The notes under the pieces were generated by a model. That model was not told the origin of the DNA, did not search any database, and worked only from the letters and a program-made list of their open reading frames with translations. A program made the position numbers and the translations under genes. Positions 18,638-27,698 of a DNA stretch of 64,000 nt are shown here, piece after piece; position 1 is the first letter of the stretch, and each line of letters begins with the position of its first letter. Origin of the DNA: Bacteroidales bacterium (lineage in GTDB: Bacteria; Bacteroidota; Bacteroidia; Bacteroidales; Muribaculaceae); assembly GCA_014800735.1 (NCBI GenBank), contig JAAVFP010000051.1, positions 10,004 to 74,003 on the forward strand, read 5' to 3'.

Positions 18638-20677
18638 CTATGCTTCCTTAGATTTCTCTTCTTTCTCGGCGTCGGGTGTTACGTCAGTGGGTTCGACGTC
18701 CTCGATGGGGGGAGGGGTGGGGGCGCCGCTGATGGATTTGTGTCCGAAGAGCTCGTCGGTGCGCGAGGTCCACTGTCGCGGGCCGAAAATACGCTCAACA
18801 TCCTCGGTGTAAATCACTTCGCGGCTCATGAGGGTTTCGGCCAGTTTGTGGTGGCCGTCGGTGTGCTCGCGCAGGATGCTCTTTGCACGCTCGTACTGCT
18901 CGGCCACTATGCGGGTGACTTCCTCGTCGATAATCTGTGCGCGCTCGTTGCTGTAAGGCTTGGTGAAGGGGCTGTCCTGGCCGGTGGAGTCGTAGTAGCT
19001 CAGGTTGGGCAGGCGGTCGCTCATACCATAATATAATATCATGGCATAGGCCTGCTTGGTGACACGCTCAAGGTCGTTGGCAGCGCCGGTGGAAATATGG
19101 CCGGTGTAGAGCTCCTCGGCAGCGCGACCGCCCAGCAGCGAGCAAATGTCGTCGAGGATTGCCTGCGAGGGCACAATCTGGCGTTCCTCGGGCAGGTACC
19201 ATGCAGCACCCAGGGCCTTGCCGCGGGGCACGATGGTGACCTTGACAAGCGGATTGCCGTAGCGAAGGTGCCACGACACGGTTGCGTGGCCGGCCTCGTG
19301 AACGGCGATGGATTTTTTCTCGTCCTCGGTGAGGATTTTGTTCTTTTTCTCCAGACCGCCGATAATACGGTCAACCGCGGCGTTGAAATCCTCCTTAGTC
19401 ACCTCGTCCTTGTTGTAGCGGGCGGCGATAAGGGCGGCCTCGTTGCAGACATTGGCAATGTCGGCGCCGGAGAAACCGGGAGTCTGGCGAGCCAGCAGCT
19501 CGATGTCCAGGTCAGGAGCAGTCTTGATTTTACGCAGGTGTACCTTGAAAATCTCCACACGGTCGGGCAGGTCGGGCAGGTCAACGTAAATCTGGCGGTC
19601 AAAACGGCCGGCGCGCATCAGCGCCTTGTCGAGGATGTCGGCGCGGTTGGTGGCGGCCAGGATGATTACGCCGCTGTTGGTGCCGAAGCCGTCCATCTCG
19701 GTCAGAAGCTGGTTGAGGGTATTCTCGCGCTCGTCGTTGGAGCCCATGCCGGCATTGCGGCCACGGGCGCGGCCAACGGCGTCGATTTCGTCGATAAACA
19801 CAATGCAGGGAGCCTTTTCCTTGGCCTGGCGGAAGAGGTCGCGGACACGCGAAGCACCCACGCCAACGAACATTTCCACGAAATCGCTACCGCTCATCGA
19901 GAAGAAAGGCACATCGGCCTCGCCTGCAACAGCCTTGGCCAGCAGGGTCTTACCGGTTCCGGGAGGGCCAACCAGCAGTGCGCCCTTGGGGATTTTGCCG
20001 CCCAGGTTGGTATAGCGTTTGGGGTTCTTGAGGAACTCCACAATTTCTTCAATCTCGGTCTTGGCCTCGCGCTGGCCCGCAACGTCGTTGAACGTCACGC
20101 GGTCCGACTGGTTCTTGTCGAAAAGCATGGCCTTGGACTTGCCAACGGAGAAAATGCCACCTCCGCCGCCATTGCCGGCCCCACCGTTGCTCATGCGGCG
20201 CATGATGTAGATCCACACGCCGATAAGGAGCAGGAAAGGCAGAAACGACAGGAGCATGCCGGTGAGCTGGCTGCTCTTCTCGAACTCTACTTCGCCGGTA
20301 AAGTCGCCGGCCTCGCGCCACTCGTCGATTTTATCCGACAACTTGTCGGCCGAGGGAATATTGGCCTCGACGATTGCATGCACACCGGGGCCGCTCTGGA
20401 AGTTGGATGCCTTGAAAACCACCTGGGCCATGGAATCGGTCAGGAAGCCTTCAACCATACCTTTGTCGGGATAGACAACGATTTTGGTGATACCGCGGTC
20501 CTTCTGGATGATTGATTCGAACTCGCTGTAGCTCACCGTTTTGGTGGACACATTATTATCGAAATAGAAAATACCAATCAGAAACATCGCCACGATGGCA
20601 TACATCCACCACAGATTGAACTGAAAGGGCGTTTTCTTCTTGGAATTGTTGGGGTTGTTGAACGGAGGGGTGGGCAT
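18638..20677 (-). CDS. ftsH: ATP-dependent zinc metalloprotease FtsH
   Basis: Two TM helices, [26 protein letters not shown]. Confidence 0.98.
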   Translation of the reverse strand: MPTPPFNNPNNSKKKTPFQFNLWWMYAIVAMFLIGIFYFDNNVSTKTVSYSEFESIIQKDRGITKIVVYPDKGMVEGFLTDSMAQVVFKASNFQSGPGVHAIVEANIPSADKLSDKIDEWREAGDFTGEVEFEKSSQLTGMLLSFLPFLLLIGVWIYIMRRMSNGGAGNGGGGGIFSVGKSKAMLFDKNQSDRVTFNDVAGQREAKTEIEEIVEFLKNPKRYTNLGGKIPKGALLVGPPGTGKTLLAKAVAGEADVPFFSMSGSDFVEMFVGVGASRVRDLFRQAKEKAPCIVFIDEIDAVGRARGRNAGMGSNDERENTLNQLLTEMDGFGTNSGVIILAATNRADILDKALMRAGRFDRQIYVDLPDLPDRVEIFKVHLRKIKTAPDLDIELLARQTPGFSGADIANVCNEAALIAARYNKDEVTKEDFNAAVDRIIGGLEKKNKILTEDEKKSIAVHEAGHATVSWHLRYGNPLVKVTIVPRGKALGAAWYLPEERQIVPSQAILDDICSLLGGRAAEELYTGHISTGAANDLERVTKQAYAMILYYGMSDRLPNLSYYDSTGQDSPFTKPYSNERAQIIDEEVTRIVAEQYERAKSILREHTDGHHKLAETLMSREVIYTEDVERIFGPRQWTSRTDELFGHKSISGAPTPPPIEDVEPTDVTPDAEKEEKSKEA

Positions 20678-20698
20678 AAGTGATGGTTTTAGGAGAAA

Positions 20699-21058
20699 TT
20701 AGTCGAGGTCAGGGAGATTGGTGATTTTGGCGTCGCTCCACAGCTCCTCGAGATTGTAGCGGGTACGCACGGTGGGCAGGAAAATGTGCACCCACACGTC
20801 GCCGTAGTCCATGATTACCCAGTCGCCTGCGTTTTCGCCATCCACGTTGTAGGGTTTCACGCCCGAGCTCTTACGCACAAGTTCCTCTACGCTTTCGGCA
20901 ATAGCGGCAGTCTGGGTGGTGGAGGTACCCTCGGCAATGATGAAGCAACCAGTGGCGGCAGTATCGATGTCAGTCATATCGACCACGGTGATACCTTTAC
21001 CTTTGCGGTCGCGGATACCTTCTATGATGAGTTCTTTGATGTCCTGAGTAGAAGTCAT
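20699..21058 (-). CDS. rsfS: Ribosome silencing factor
   Basis: WVIMDYGDVWVHIF...RYNLEELW. Confidence 0.93.
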   Translation of the reverse strand: MTSTQDIKELIIEGIRDRKGKGITVVDMTDIDTAATGCFIIAEGTSTTQTAAIAESVEELVRKSSGVKPYNVDGENAGDWVIMDYGDVWVHIFLPTVRTRYNLEELWSDAKITNLPDLD

Positions 21059-21212
21059 AAATCGTATTTACTTTAAATTAAGGGCAAATATAATGAATTT
21101 ATGCGGTTTGCAGCAGTGCCCGGAGGCAGGCAAACGCGGTTTGTATGTTTATTTAACAATTAAGATAGCAAAAAGTGCGCCAAAGTCTATGAATTTTTCA
21201 TAACGGACGGAA

Positions 21213-22463
21213 TTAGTCATAGTTCATGGCCTTGGCAGGGTCGATGCCTGAGGCCAGGCGCGCCGGCAGCACAAGGATGAGCCATGCGGCAAGGACCACA
21301 CCGGCGTTGAGAGCCACGAAAGCCCAGGGACGGATTTCCACAGGCACGCTCGCAAGGTAGTACATGGCGGGGTCAAGCGGTATAAGACCGGTGAATTTCT
21401 GCACCAGCAGCAGGCCGATGCCCAGCACGTTGCCGATTACCATGCCTATCCCCACCAGGCGCATGGCCAGGTCCACGAAGATGCCGCGCACCATGCCCTT
21501 GGAAGCACCCATGGCGCGGAGCACTCCAATCATGGGCACACGCTCAAGAATCAGTATGAACAGGCTCGACACCAAGGTCAGGCCGGAAACGGCAAGCATC
21601 AGGATGAAAATCACCACCACGTTGGTATCCAGCAGCGCGAGCCAGGTGAAGTACATGGCACCCGTGTGCTCGATGTTGTCCACCGGGTAGTGCTGCGGTA
21701 GCTCGCCGCGGGCCACGCGGTCAATCAGCTCCATCTGCAGCGCGGCAGCCTCGTCGGCAATGCCGTCGGGTGCTATCCCGCGGATGTCCAGGCGGTTGGC
21801 TTCAAGGCTGTCAAGCCCTGCCACCCGCTGCAGGCCGCGCAGCGAGGCGTAGACCACCGTCTGGTCGAACTCGCCGAAATTGCTCTCGTAGAGCGCGGCC
21901 ACGGTGTGACGGCGCAGCTTCACAGCCTCGTCGATGATGAAGGTTGAGAACACACGGTCGCCCACGCCCAACCCGAGCATGCGGGCCACCGGCCGCGACA
22001 GCACAATCATGTTCTCCGTCGAGTCTGCGGCATAGTCAGGCCACTGTCCTTCAACAATATTGGAGCGCTCGAACGCGAAATCGGCATCCGGACTCTGCCC
22101 CAGGAACACCACGCCCTGGAAATTATCGTCGGTCTTCAGCAGGCCGGGCTGGCGCAGGCTGAGCCGCAGGTCGGCATCCGGAAAATGCGAGCGCACGGTA
22201 GCCTCGACCACAGCGTCGGAGCGGTAGTAGCGCTCCTGCTCACCGGTGGCGGCATCAATAGGGGCCTCCACGGTTATCTGAGCGTCGAAGCCGGTGAGCT
22301 TGTCGCGGATTCCATCCTTGAAACCTACAACCACTGCCAGGGTGAACTCCATCACCATCACAGCGATAGCCACTCCGGCCACGGCAATAAGCACACCGAC
22401 ACCGCTACCGGTGCCGGAGCTGCGCAGGCGCAACCGTCGGGATATGTAGTGACTCGGATTCAT
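21213..22463 (-). CDS. LolC/E (FtsX-like) ABC permease
   Basis: N-terminal TM, periplasmic domain, ILERVPMIGVLRAMGA, LDPAMYYL. Confidence 0.88.
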   Translation of the reverse strand: MNPSHYISRRLRLRSSGTGSGVGVLIAVAGVAIAVMVMEFTLAVVVGFKDGIRDKLTGFDAQITVEAPIDAATGEQERYYRSDAVVEATVRSHFPDADLRLSLRQPGLLKTDDNFQGVVFLGQSPDADFAFERSNIVEGQWPDYAADSTENMIVLSRPVARMLGLGVGDRVFSTFIIDEAVKLRRHTVAALYESNFGEFDQTVVYASLRGLQRVAGLDSLEANRLDIRGIAPDGIADEAAALQMELIDRVARGELPQHYPVDNIEHTGAMYFTWLALLDTNVVVIFILMLAVSGLTLVSSLFILILERVPMIGVLRAMGASKGMVRGIFVDLAMRLVGIGMVIGNVLGIGLLLVQKFTGLIPLDPAMYYLASVPVEIRPWAFVALNAGVVLAAWLILVLPARLASGIDPAKAMNYD

Positions 22464-22542
22464 TTTGACTCGGCAAAGTTACAAAATACCTTAATATAAG
22501 TATTGCTTACTCGGGATAAAAGTGCGAAATTTGCACCCGATT

Positions 22543-25089
22543 ATGAAACTTAGCGAACTTACAACTGGTCAAACCGGCATAGTGACAAAAATCCATGGCC
22601 ACGGAGCTTTCCGCAAACGCGTGATTGAAATGGGCTTCGTCAAGGGCCACGCTGTCACTGTGGTGCTCCACGCACCCCTGCGCGACCCAATAAAATATTC
22701 AATCCTGGGCTACGAGATTTCACTGCGACGGGCCGAGGCCGACCTTATTGAAGTGGTGCCCGTTGAACTCGAAGCCAGGGTGCAGATTGAGGCTGCCCAG
22801 CACCGCGAGGCCGAACAGGCCGACCGCGAGGCCGCTGTGCGCGAACAATTCAAAAAAGCCAGCCACACCATCAACGTAGCCTTGATCGGCAATCCCAACT
22901 GCGGCAAGACCTCGCTGTTCAACCTTGCCTCCGGTGCCAAGGAGCACGTGGGCAACTACAGCGGCGTGACTGTGGATGCGCGCGATAAGGCGTTCGTCTA
23001 CAAAGACTACCGCATCAACTTCGTGGACCTGCCCGGCACGTATTCGCTCACTTGCTACTCGCCTGAGGAAATCTACGTGCGCAGCTATCTGCGCGAGAAC
23101 AACCCCGATGTAATCATCAACGTGGTGGACTCGTCGAACCTGGAGCGCAACCTGTTCCTCACCACCGAGCTTATCGACATGGACCGAAGCATGGTGATTG
23201 CGCTCAACATGTACGACGAACTCCGTTCCCGCGGCGATAAGCTTGACTACGAGAACCTGGCGCGCATGATTGGTGTGCCCATGGTGCCGATAGTGTCCAA
23301 GACCGGCGAGGGCCTCACACGGCTGCTCGACACGGTCATCTCTGTCTACGAAGGCGGCGACGACGTGGTGCGCCACATCCATGTGAACCTGGGCAACGAC
23401 CTGGAGGTCGCCATCCGCCAGCTGGTGGACGACCTGAAAGCCTCGCCCACGCGCACCCTGCATTTCTCGCCCCGCTATCTGGCAATCAAGCTCCTGGAGG
23501 GCGACCACGAAATTGAGGATGAAGTGGCTCTGGCCGGTGCCGACAGCCCGAGCGCCCGTCCGCTGCGTGCCGAGAACCGCCGTCGTTTTCTGAGGCGCCT
23601 GTTCCACCGCGACTGCTGCGGACAAAGCTCCGCACCGGACACAGTGCTGAGCTGGCGCAAGCAGATGAACGCCGGTGCCGACTGCCCCACCATCCTGCTG
23701 CGCGACAAGCTCAGAGGCAAAATCGAGGCGCTTCACAACGAGGACATATCCTCGATGGTCGCTGCCGAAAAGTATGGCTTCATTGCCGGTGCTCTCGCCG
23801 AAACCTACACTCCGGGCACCCGCCAGACAAAGAAGTCGACCGTGGTGCTGGACAAACTGGCAACGAACAAGTATCTGGGCTTCCCCATTTTCTTCGCCAT
23901 AATGTTCTTCATTTTCTGGGCCACGTTCTACATCGGCCAGTACCCTATGGACTGGATTCAGGCCGTGGTCGACTGGCTCAGCGGTGCGGTGAATAAGGTG
24001 ATGCCCCAGGGCCCGCTCAAGGACCTCGTGGCCGACGGCATTATCGGCGGTGTGGGTGGCGTGATAGTGTTCCTGCCCAACATCCTCATCCTTTTCTTCT
24101 GCATTTCGTTCATGGAGGACTCCGGCTATATGGCGCGCGCAGCCTTCATCATGGACAAGGTGATGCACCGGATCGGCCTGCACGGCAAGTCGTTCATTCC
24201 GCTCATCATGGGCTTCGGCTGCAATGTGCCGGCCATCGTGGCCTCGCGCGTCATCGAAAGCCGTTCGAGCCGCATCATCACCATCCTTATCAATCCGTTC
24301 ATGTCGTGCTCGGCGCGACTGCCCATCTTCGTGCTGCTGATCGGCACCTTCTTCTCAGCCCATGCCGCGCTGGTGTTCTTCGCGCTCTATATGGCTGGTA
24401 TCCTGGTGGCCGTGGTCACTGCCCGACTGCTGCGCCGCTTCATGTTCCGCAAGGACGAGACACCCTTCGTCATGGAGCTGCCGCCCTACCGCATCCCACC
24501 CCTCAAGGCTTCGCTCAGCCACACCTGGGCCAAGGGCCGGGAGTACCTCAAGAAGATGGGCGGCATCATCCTGTTCGCCAGCATCATAGTGTGGGCGCTC
24601 AACTACTTCCCCCTGCACGATGACGATGCACCCGCCACGGCTGAAACCGAGCAGGTGGCCGATGACTCAGCCATCAATCCCGACCGTGACTCCTACCTGG
24701 AAATGATAGGCAAGTTCGTCAATCCCGTCATGGAGCCCATCGGTTTCAGTTGGCGTGCCACGGTGGCAGCCATTGCGGGCGTCCCGGCCAAGGAAATTGT
24801 GGTGTCGACCCTCGGAGTGCTCTATACCAATGACGAGGCCGTGGACGATGCGCGCCTGGGCGCACGCCTTGAGGCTCCGTCGCCTGTCACCGGCCGCCCC
24901 GACTTCACTCCGGCTGTAGCGCTGTCGTTCCTGATTTTCATCCTGCTCTACTGCCCCTGCATAGCCACAGTCACAGCCATCGCCCGCGAAACAGGCTCGT
25001 GGCGCTATGCCGCTTTCAGTATTGTATACAACACGCTGGTGGCCTGGCTTGCTGCTTTCGCCGTTTATCGTATAGCATTAGTATTATGA
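22543..25089 (+). CDS. feoB: Ferrous iron transporter FeoB with N-terminal FeoA domain
   Basis: FeoA-like N-terminus; GNPNCGKT, VGNYSGVT, DLPGTYS, NMYD, GFGCNVP, FVMELPPY. Confidence 0.96.
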   Translation: MKLSELTTGQTGIVTKIHGHGAFRKRVIEMGFVKGHAVTVVLHAPLRDPIKYSILGYEISLRRAEADLIEVVPVELEARVQIEAAQHREAEQADREAAVREQFKKASHTINVALIGNPNCGKTSLFNLASGAKEHVGNYSGVTVDARDKAFVYKDYRINFVDLPGTYSLTCYSPEEIYVRSYLRENNPDVIINVVDSSNLERNLFLTTELIDMDRSMVIALNMYDELRSRGDKLDYENLARMIGVPMVPIVSKTGEGLTRLLDTVISVYEGGDDVVRHIHVNLGNDLEVAIRQLVDDLKASPTRTLHFSPRYLAIKLLEGDHEIEDEVALAGADSPSARPLRAENRRRFLRRLFHRDCCGQSSAPDTVLSWRKQMNAGADCPTILLRDKLRGKIEALHNEDISSMVAAEKYGFIAGALAETYTPGTRQTKKSTVVLDKLATNKYLGFPIFFAIMFFIFWATFYIGQYPMDWIQAVVDWLSGAVNKVMPQGPLKDLVADGIIGGVGGVIVFLPNILILFFCISFMEDSGYMARAAFIMDKVMHRIGLHGKSFIPLIMGFGCNVPAIVASRVIESRSSRIITILINPFMSCSARLPIFVLLIGTFFSAHAALVFFALYMAGILVAVVTARLLRRFMFRKDETPFVMELPPYRIPPLKASLSHTWAKGREYLKKMGGIILFASIIVWALNYFPLHDDDAPATAETEQVADDSAINPDRDSYLEMIGKFVNPVMEPIGFSWRATVAAIAGVPAKEIVVSTLGVLYTNDEAVDDARLGARLEAPSPVTGRPDFTPAVALSFLIFILLYCPCIATVTAIARETGSWRYAAFSIVYNTLVAWLAAFAVYRIALVL

Positions 25090-26030
25090 AACGCTTTCTC
25101 TCCTCCCTCGCAATAGCAGTGCCGGCAATGTACCTGGCTGCAAACCCGGCCGACAGTTCGGAGGTGAAAACGAGCCCCCGGCCGGCGGTAAACATCACCG
25201 TGCGTGCCGCCACATCGCTTGTGCTCAATGCTGCAGTGACGGAAGTATTCAAGAACACCGTGCACGAGCTGCGCCCCGAGCGCGATGCCAACAACTCATT
25301 CCCCTCGCGCCACACCTCGTGGGCTTTCACCGCCTCTACCATCCTGGCCAACGAGTTCTACACCACCTCGCCCTGGATACCCTGGCTCGCCCAGGGAGCG
25401 GCATCTGCCGTGGCGCTTCAGCGTGTGGCCTACCACCATCACTACGGAGGCGACGTGGTGGCCGGCGCCCTAATCGGCATAGGCTCCACCGAAGCGGGCT
25501 ATCTGCTCGGTGGCCTGTTCACAGGGTGTCCGCTGCGGGTGCATAGCGCCGATGCCGAATTCAAAACCACGCTCACGCTCTTTTCCGAGGCTGTCTACAA
25601 CCTTTCGGCCCCCGACAACGGCGAACTGCTCACAGGCTTTGCCACGGGCGTACGTGTGGGGGTGCCGCTGTCGGAGCACTACGGCCTGTCGGTGACCGGG
25701 CGCCTGAGCTCCTCGCCGCTGAAGGTGGACGGGCGCTACTTCTCGGCAGTTTCCGCCGCAGCGCTATCCGTGGGCGGCGTGGGGCACTTCGGCCTTGCCA
25801 ACCGCGCTCTGGCGCTTGAACCGGCCGTCGAGGTGGGGTTTGCACGCAATATCCGCCCGCGCCATTGGGACCGCCCCACAATTTCCTTCGTTGCCGATGC
25901 CGGTTGTGCCCTGTCATGGCACCTGACCGACCGCTTCGCCGTGCGCTCTGCTGCCACCTATCGCCTCACCACCCTCAACGGCGCTATATCCGCCATCACA
26001 CTCTCGGTGGGTTCGTCGGTAGTATTCTGA
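25086..26030 (+). CDS. PAP2-family phosphatase fused to a putative C-terminal beta-barrel
   Basis: KxxxxxxRP, SFPSRH, RxxxxxHxxxDV motifs; alternating beta-strands ending in Phe; ATGA overlap with feoB. Confidence 0.72.
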   Translation: MKRFLSSLAIAVPAMYLAANPADSSEVKTSPRPAVNITVRAATSLVLNAAVTEVFKNTVHELRPERDANNSFPSRHTSWAFTASTILANEFYTTSPWIPWLAQGAASAVALQRVAYHHHYGGDVVAGALIGIGSTEAGYLLGGLFTGCPLRVHSADAEFKTTLTLFSEAVYNLSAPDNGELLTGFATGVRVGVPLSEHYGLSVTGRLSSSPLKVDGRYFSAVSAAALSVGGVGHFGLANRALALEPAVEVGFARNIRPRHWDRPTISFVADAGCALSWHLTDRFAVRSAATYRLTTLNGAISAITLSVGSSVVF

Positions 26031-26051
26031 AAAAAATATTCAAGTCCGTAC

Positions 26052-26175
26052 ATAAAAAAACTGACCCGGGTCCGGTTTAGGGACTCGGGAACGGCTTTTC
26101 CGCATTTCTGCGGATGCGCTCGGAAGCGCTAACTAACACTTACTCAAACAATAATACAAGTTCAATTACCTTGGA
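26052..26175 (-). ncRNA. Candidate structured RNA (two hairpins plus terminator)
   Basis: gcgct-tccg-agcgc, tccgca-GAAA-tgcgga, cccgagtcc...ggacccggg followed by a U7 tract on the - strand. Confidence 0.4.
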
Positions 26176-26177
26176 AT

Positions 26178-26242
26178 AAAAAAAATTACCCGTCGTCACG
26201 ACGAATAATCTTTTCACCTTAAATCTAATACCATGAAAAACT
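26178..26242 (-). ncRNA. Candidate paralogous sRNA, copy 1
   Basis: TAATTTTG -7 element at 26247-26254 (- strand); 19-nt core identical to copy 2; hairpin plus U8 terminator. Confidence 0.65.
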
Positions 26243-26414
26243 GATGCAAAATTACTATTTTTATGTTATACAACATACGTTTTCAGCATAAATTTGCTCC
26301 AACACCCCATTTTTAACACTTGTTTCGGATTTTATACTGATTTTAGACGTAATTTCTCCCCAAAAATAGCTACTTTTACGCCGTGAATTGAACTTGAATG
26401 CACAATTATATAAT

Positions 26415-27632
26415 ATGCAACATCTATTATCCAAACTTTTCCTTGGCTTCGCCCTGCTCACCTCGTTGAGCTGCAAGGCCGAAGCACAGAAATCAGAAGC
26501 CACCGCCGCTACCGAAACCCAGGCTCCTGCCGAAGTGGTGGTTGGCGCCGCCCGAACCGACAAGTACATCGACAGTCTTAAAGGTAAGCGTGTGGCACTG
26601 TTCTCCAACCACACCGGTATGGTGGGCGACAAGCACACCCTCGACATCCTGCTGGAAAACGGCATCAACGTGGTGACCCTCTTCTCGCCCGAACACGGCT
26701 TCCGCGGCACCGCCGATGCCGGCGAGCACGTGAGCAGCAGCGTGGACCCCGTGACCGGTATTCCCATCGCATCGCTCTACGGCGCCAAGGACCGCATGCC
26801 CGCTCAGGACATCATGGACGGCATTGACATCATCGTAACCGACATCCAGGACGTGGGCCTTCGCTACTATACATATTATTGTACTATGGTCGACCTTATG
26901 AACGCCGCAGCCAAATACGGCAAGGAATTCATGGTGCTTGACCGCCCCAACCCCAACGGCATGTATGTGGACGGCCCTATCCTTGACATGAAGTACGCCT
27001 CGGGCGTGGGCCGACTGCCCATAACCGTGGTCCACGGTATGACTCTGGGCGAAATCGCATCCATGGCCAACGGCGAAGGCTGGCTTAAGGAAGGCGCCAA
27101 AGTGCCCCTCACCGTGGTTCCCTGTGACAACTACACCCACCAGACCCGCTACGAGCTGCCCATCGCCCCCTCGCCCAACCTGCGCGACATGAAGGCTATC
27201 TACCTCTATCCTTCCGTCTGCTACTTCGAGGCCACTCCCGTGAGCCTGGGTCGCGGCACCGACTTCCCCTTCCTGGTCTACGGCCACCCGGACATGAAGA
27301 ACCGCACCTTCGAGTTCACTCCCCGCAGTGTGCCCGGCGCCAAGAACCCGCCCCTGCTGGATGAGCACTGCTACGGCGTGGACCTCCGCACCGTCACCGA
27401 CGACGAAGCTATCGCCCAGGGCATCAACCTGGCTTATGTGATTGACGCTTACAACGACCTCGGCATGGGCGACAAGTTCTTCCGTAACTTCTTCGAACTC
27501 CTCATCGGCCGCGGCGACATCCGCCAGATGATTGAGGACGGCAAGAGCGCCGACGAAATCAAGGCCACCTGGGCCGGCGACGTCGAGAAATTCAAAGAGC
27601 AGCGCCGCCCCTACCTTATCTACGCTGAATAA
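26415..27632 (+). CDS. DUF1343 / NamZ-type exo-beta-N-acetylmuramidase, probable lipoprotein
   Basis: LFSPEHGFRG, DIQDVGLRYYTY, LDRPNP, HGMTLGE, PSPNL, SLGRGT; lipobox-like SLSC. Confidence 0.9.
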   Translation: MQHLLSKLFLGFALLTSLSCKAEAQKSEATAATETQAPAEVVVGAARTDKYIDSLKGKRVALFSNHTGMVGDKHTLDILLENGINVVTLFSPEHGFRGTADAGEHVSSSVDPVTGIPIASLYGAKDRMPAQDIMDGIDIIVTDIQDVGLRYYTYYCTMVDLMNAAAKYGKEFMVLDRPNPNGMYVDGPILDMKYASGVGRLPITVVHGMTLGEIASMANGEGWLKEGAKVPLTVVPCDNYTHQTRYELPIAPSPNLRDMKAIYLYPSVCYFEATPVSLGRGTDFPFLVYGHPDMKNRTFEFTPRSVPGAKNPPLLDEHCYGVDLRTVTDDEAIAQGINLAYVIDAYNDLGMGDKFFRNFFELLIGRGDIRQMIEDGKSADEIKATWAGDVEKFKEQRRPYLIYAE

Positions 27633-27652
27633 ATCCAATTTTAAATGCAGCG

Positions 27653-27692
27653 GGATGCCCGGCAGCGATACCGGGCATCCTCTATATTTTTA
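27653..27692 (+). terminator. Hairpin/terminator between the NamZ-like gene and the symporter
   Basis: ggatgcccgg-cagcgata-ccgggcatcc followed by a T-rich tail. Confidence 0.6.
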
Positions 27693-27698
27693 TTTCAA

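Noticed and set aside
26233-26244. Plus-strand micro-ORFs starting at the shared ATGAAAAA (MKN here; MKKHSAKSVIFVH at 53583)
   Set aside because: Peptides are not conserved between copies; promoter element and U-tract polarity point to the minus strand
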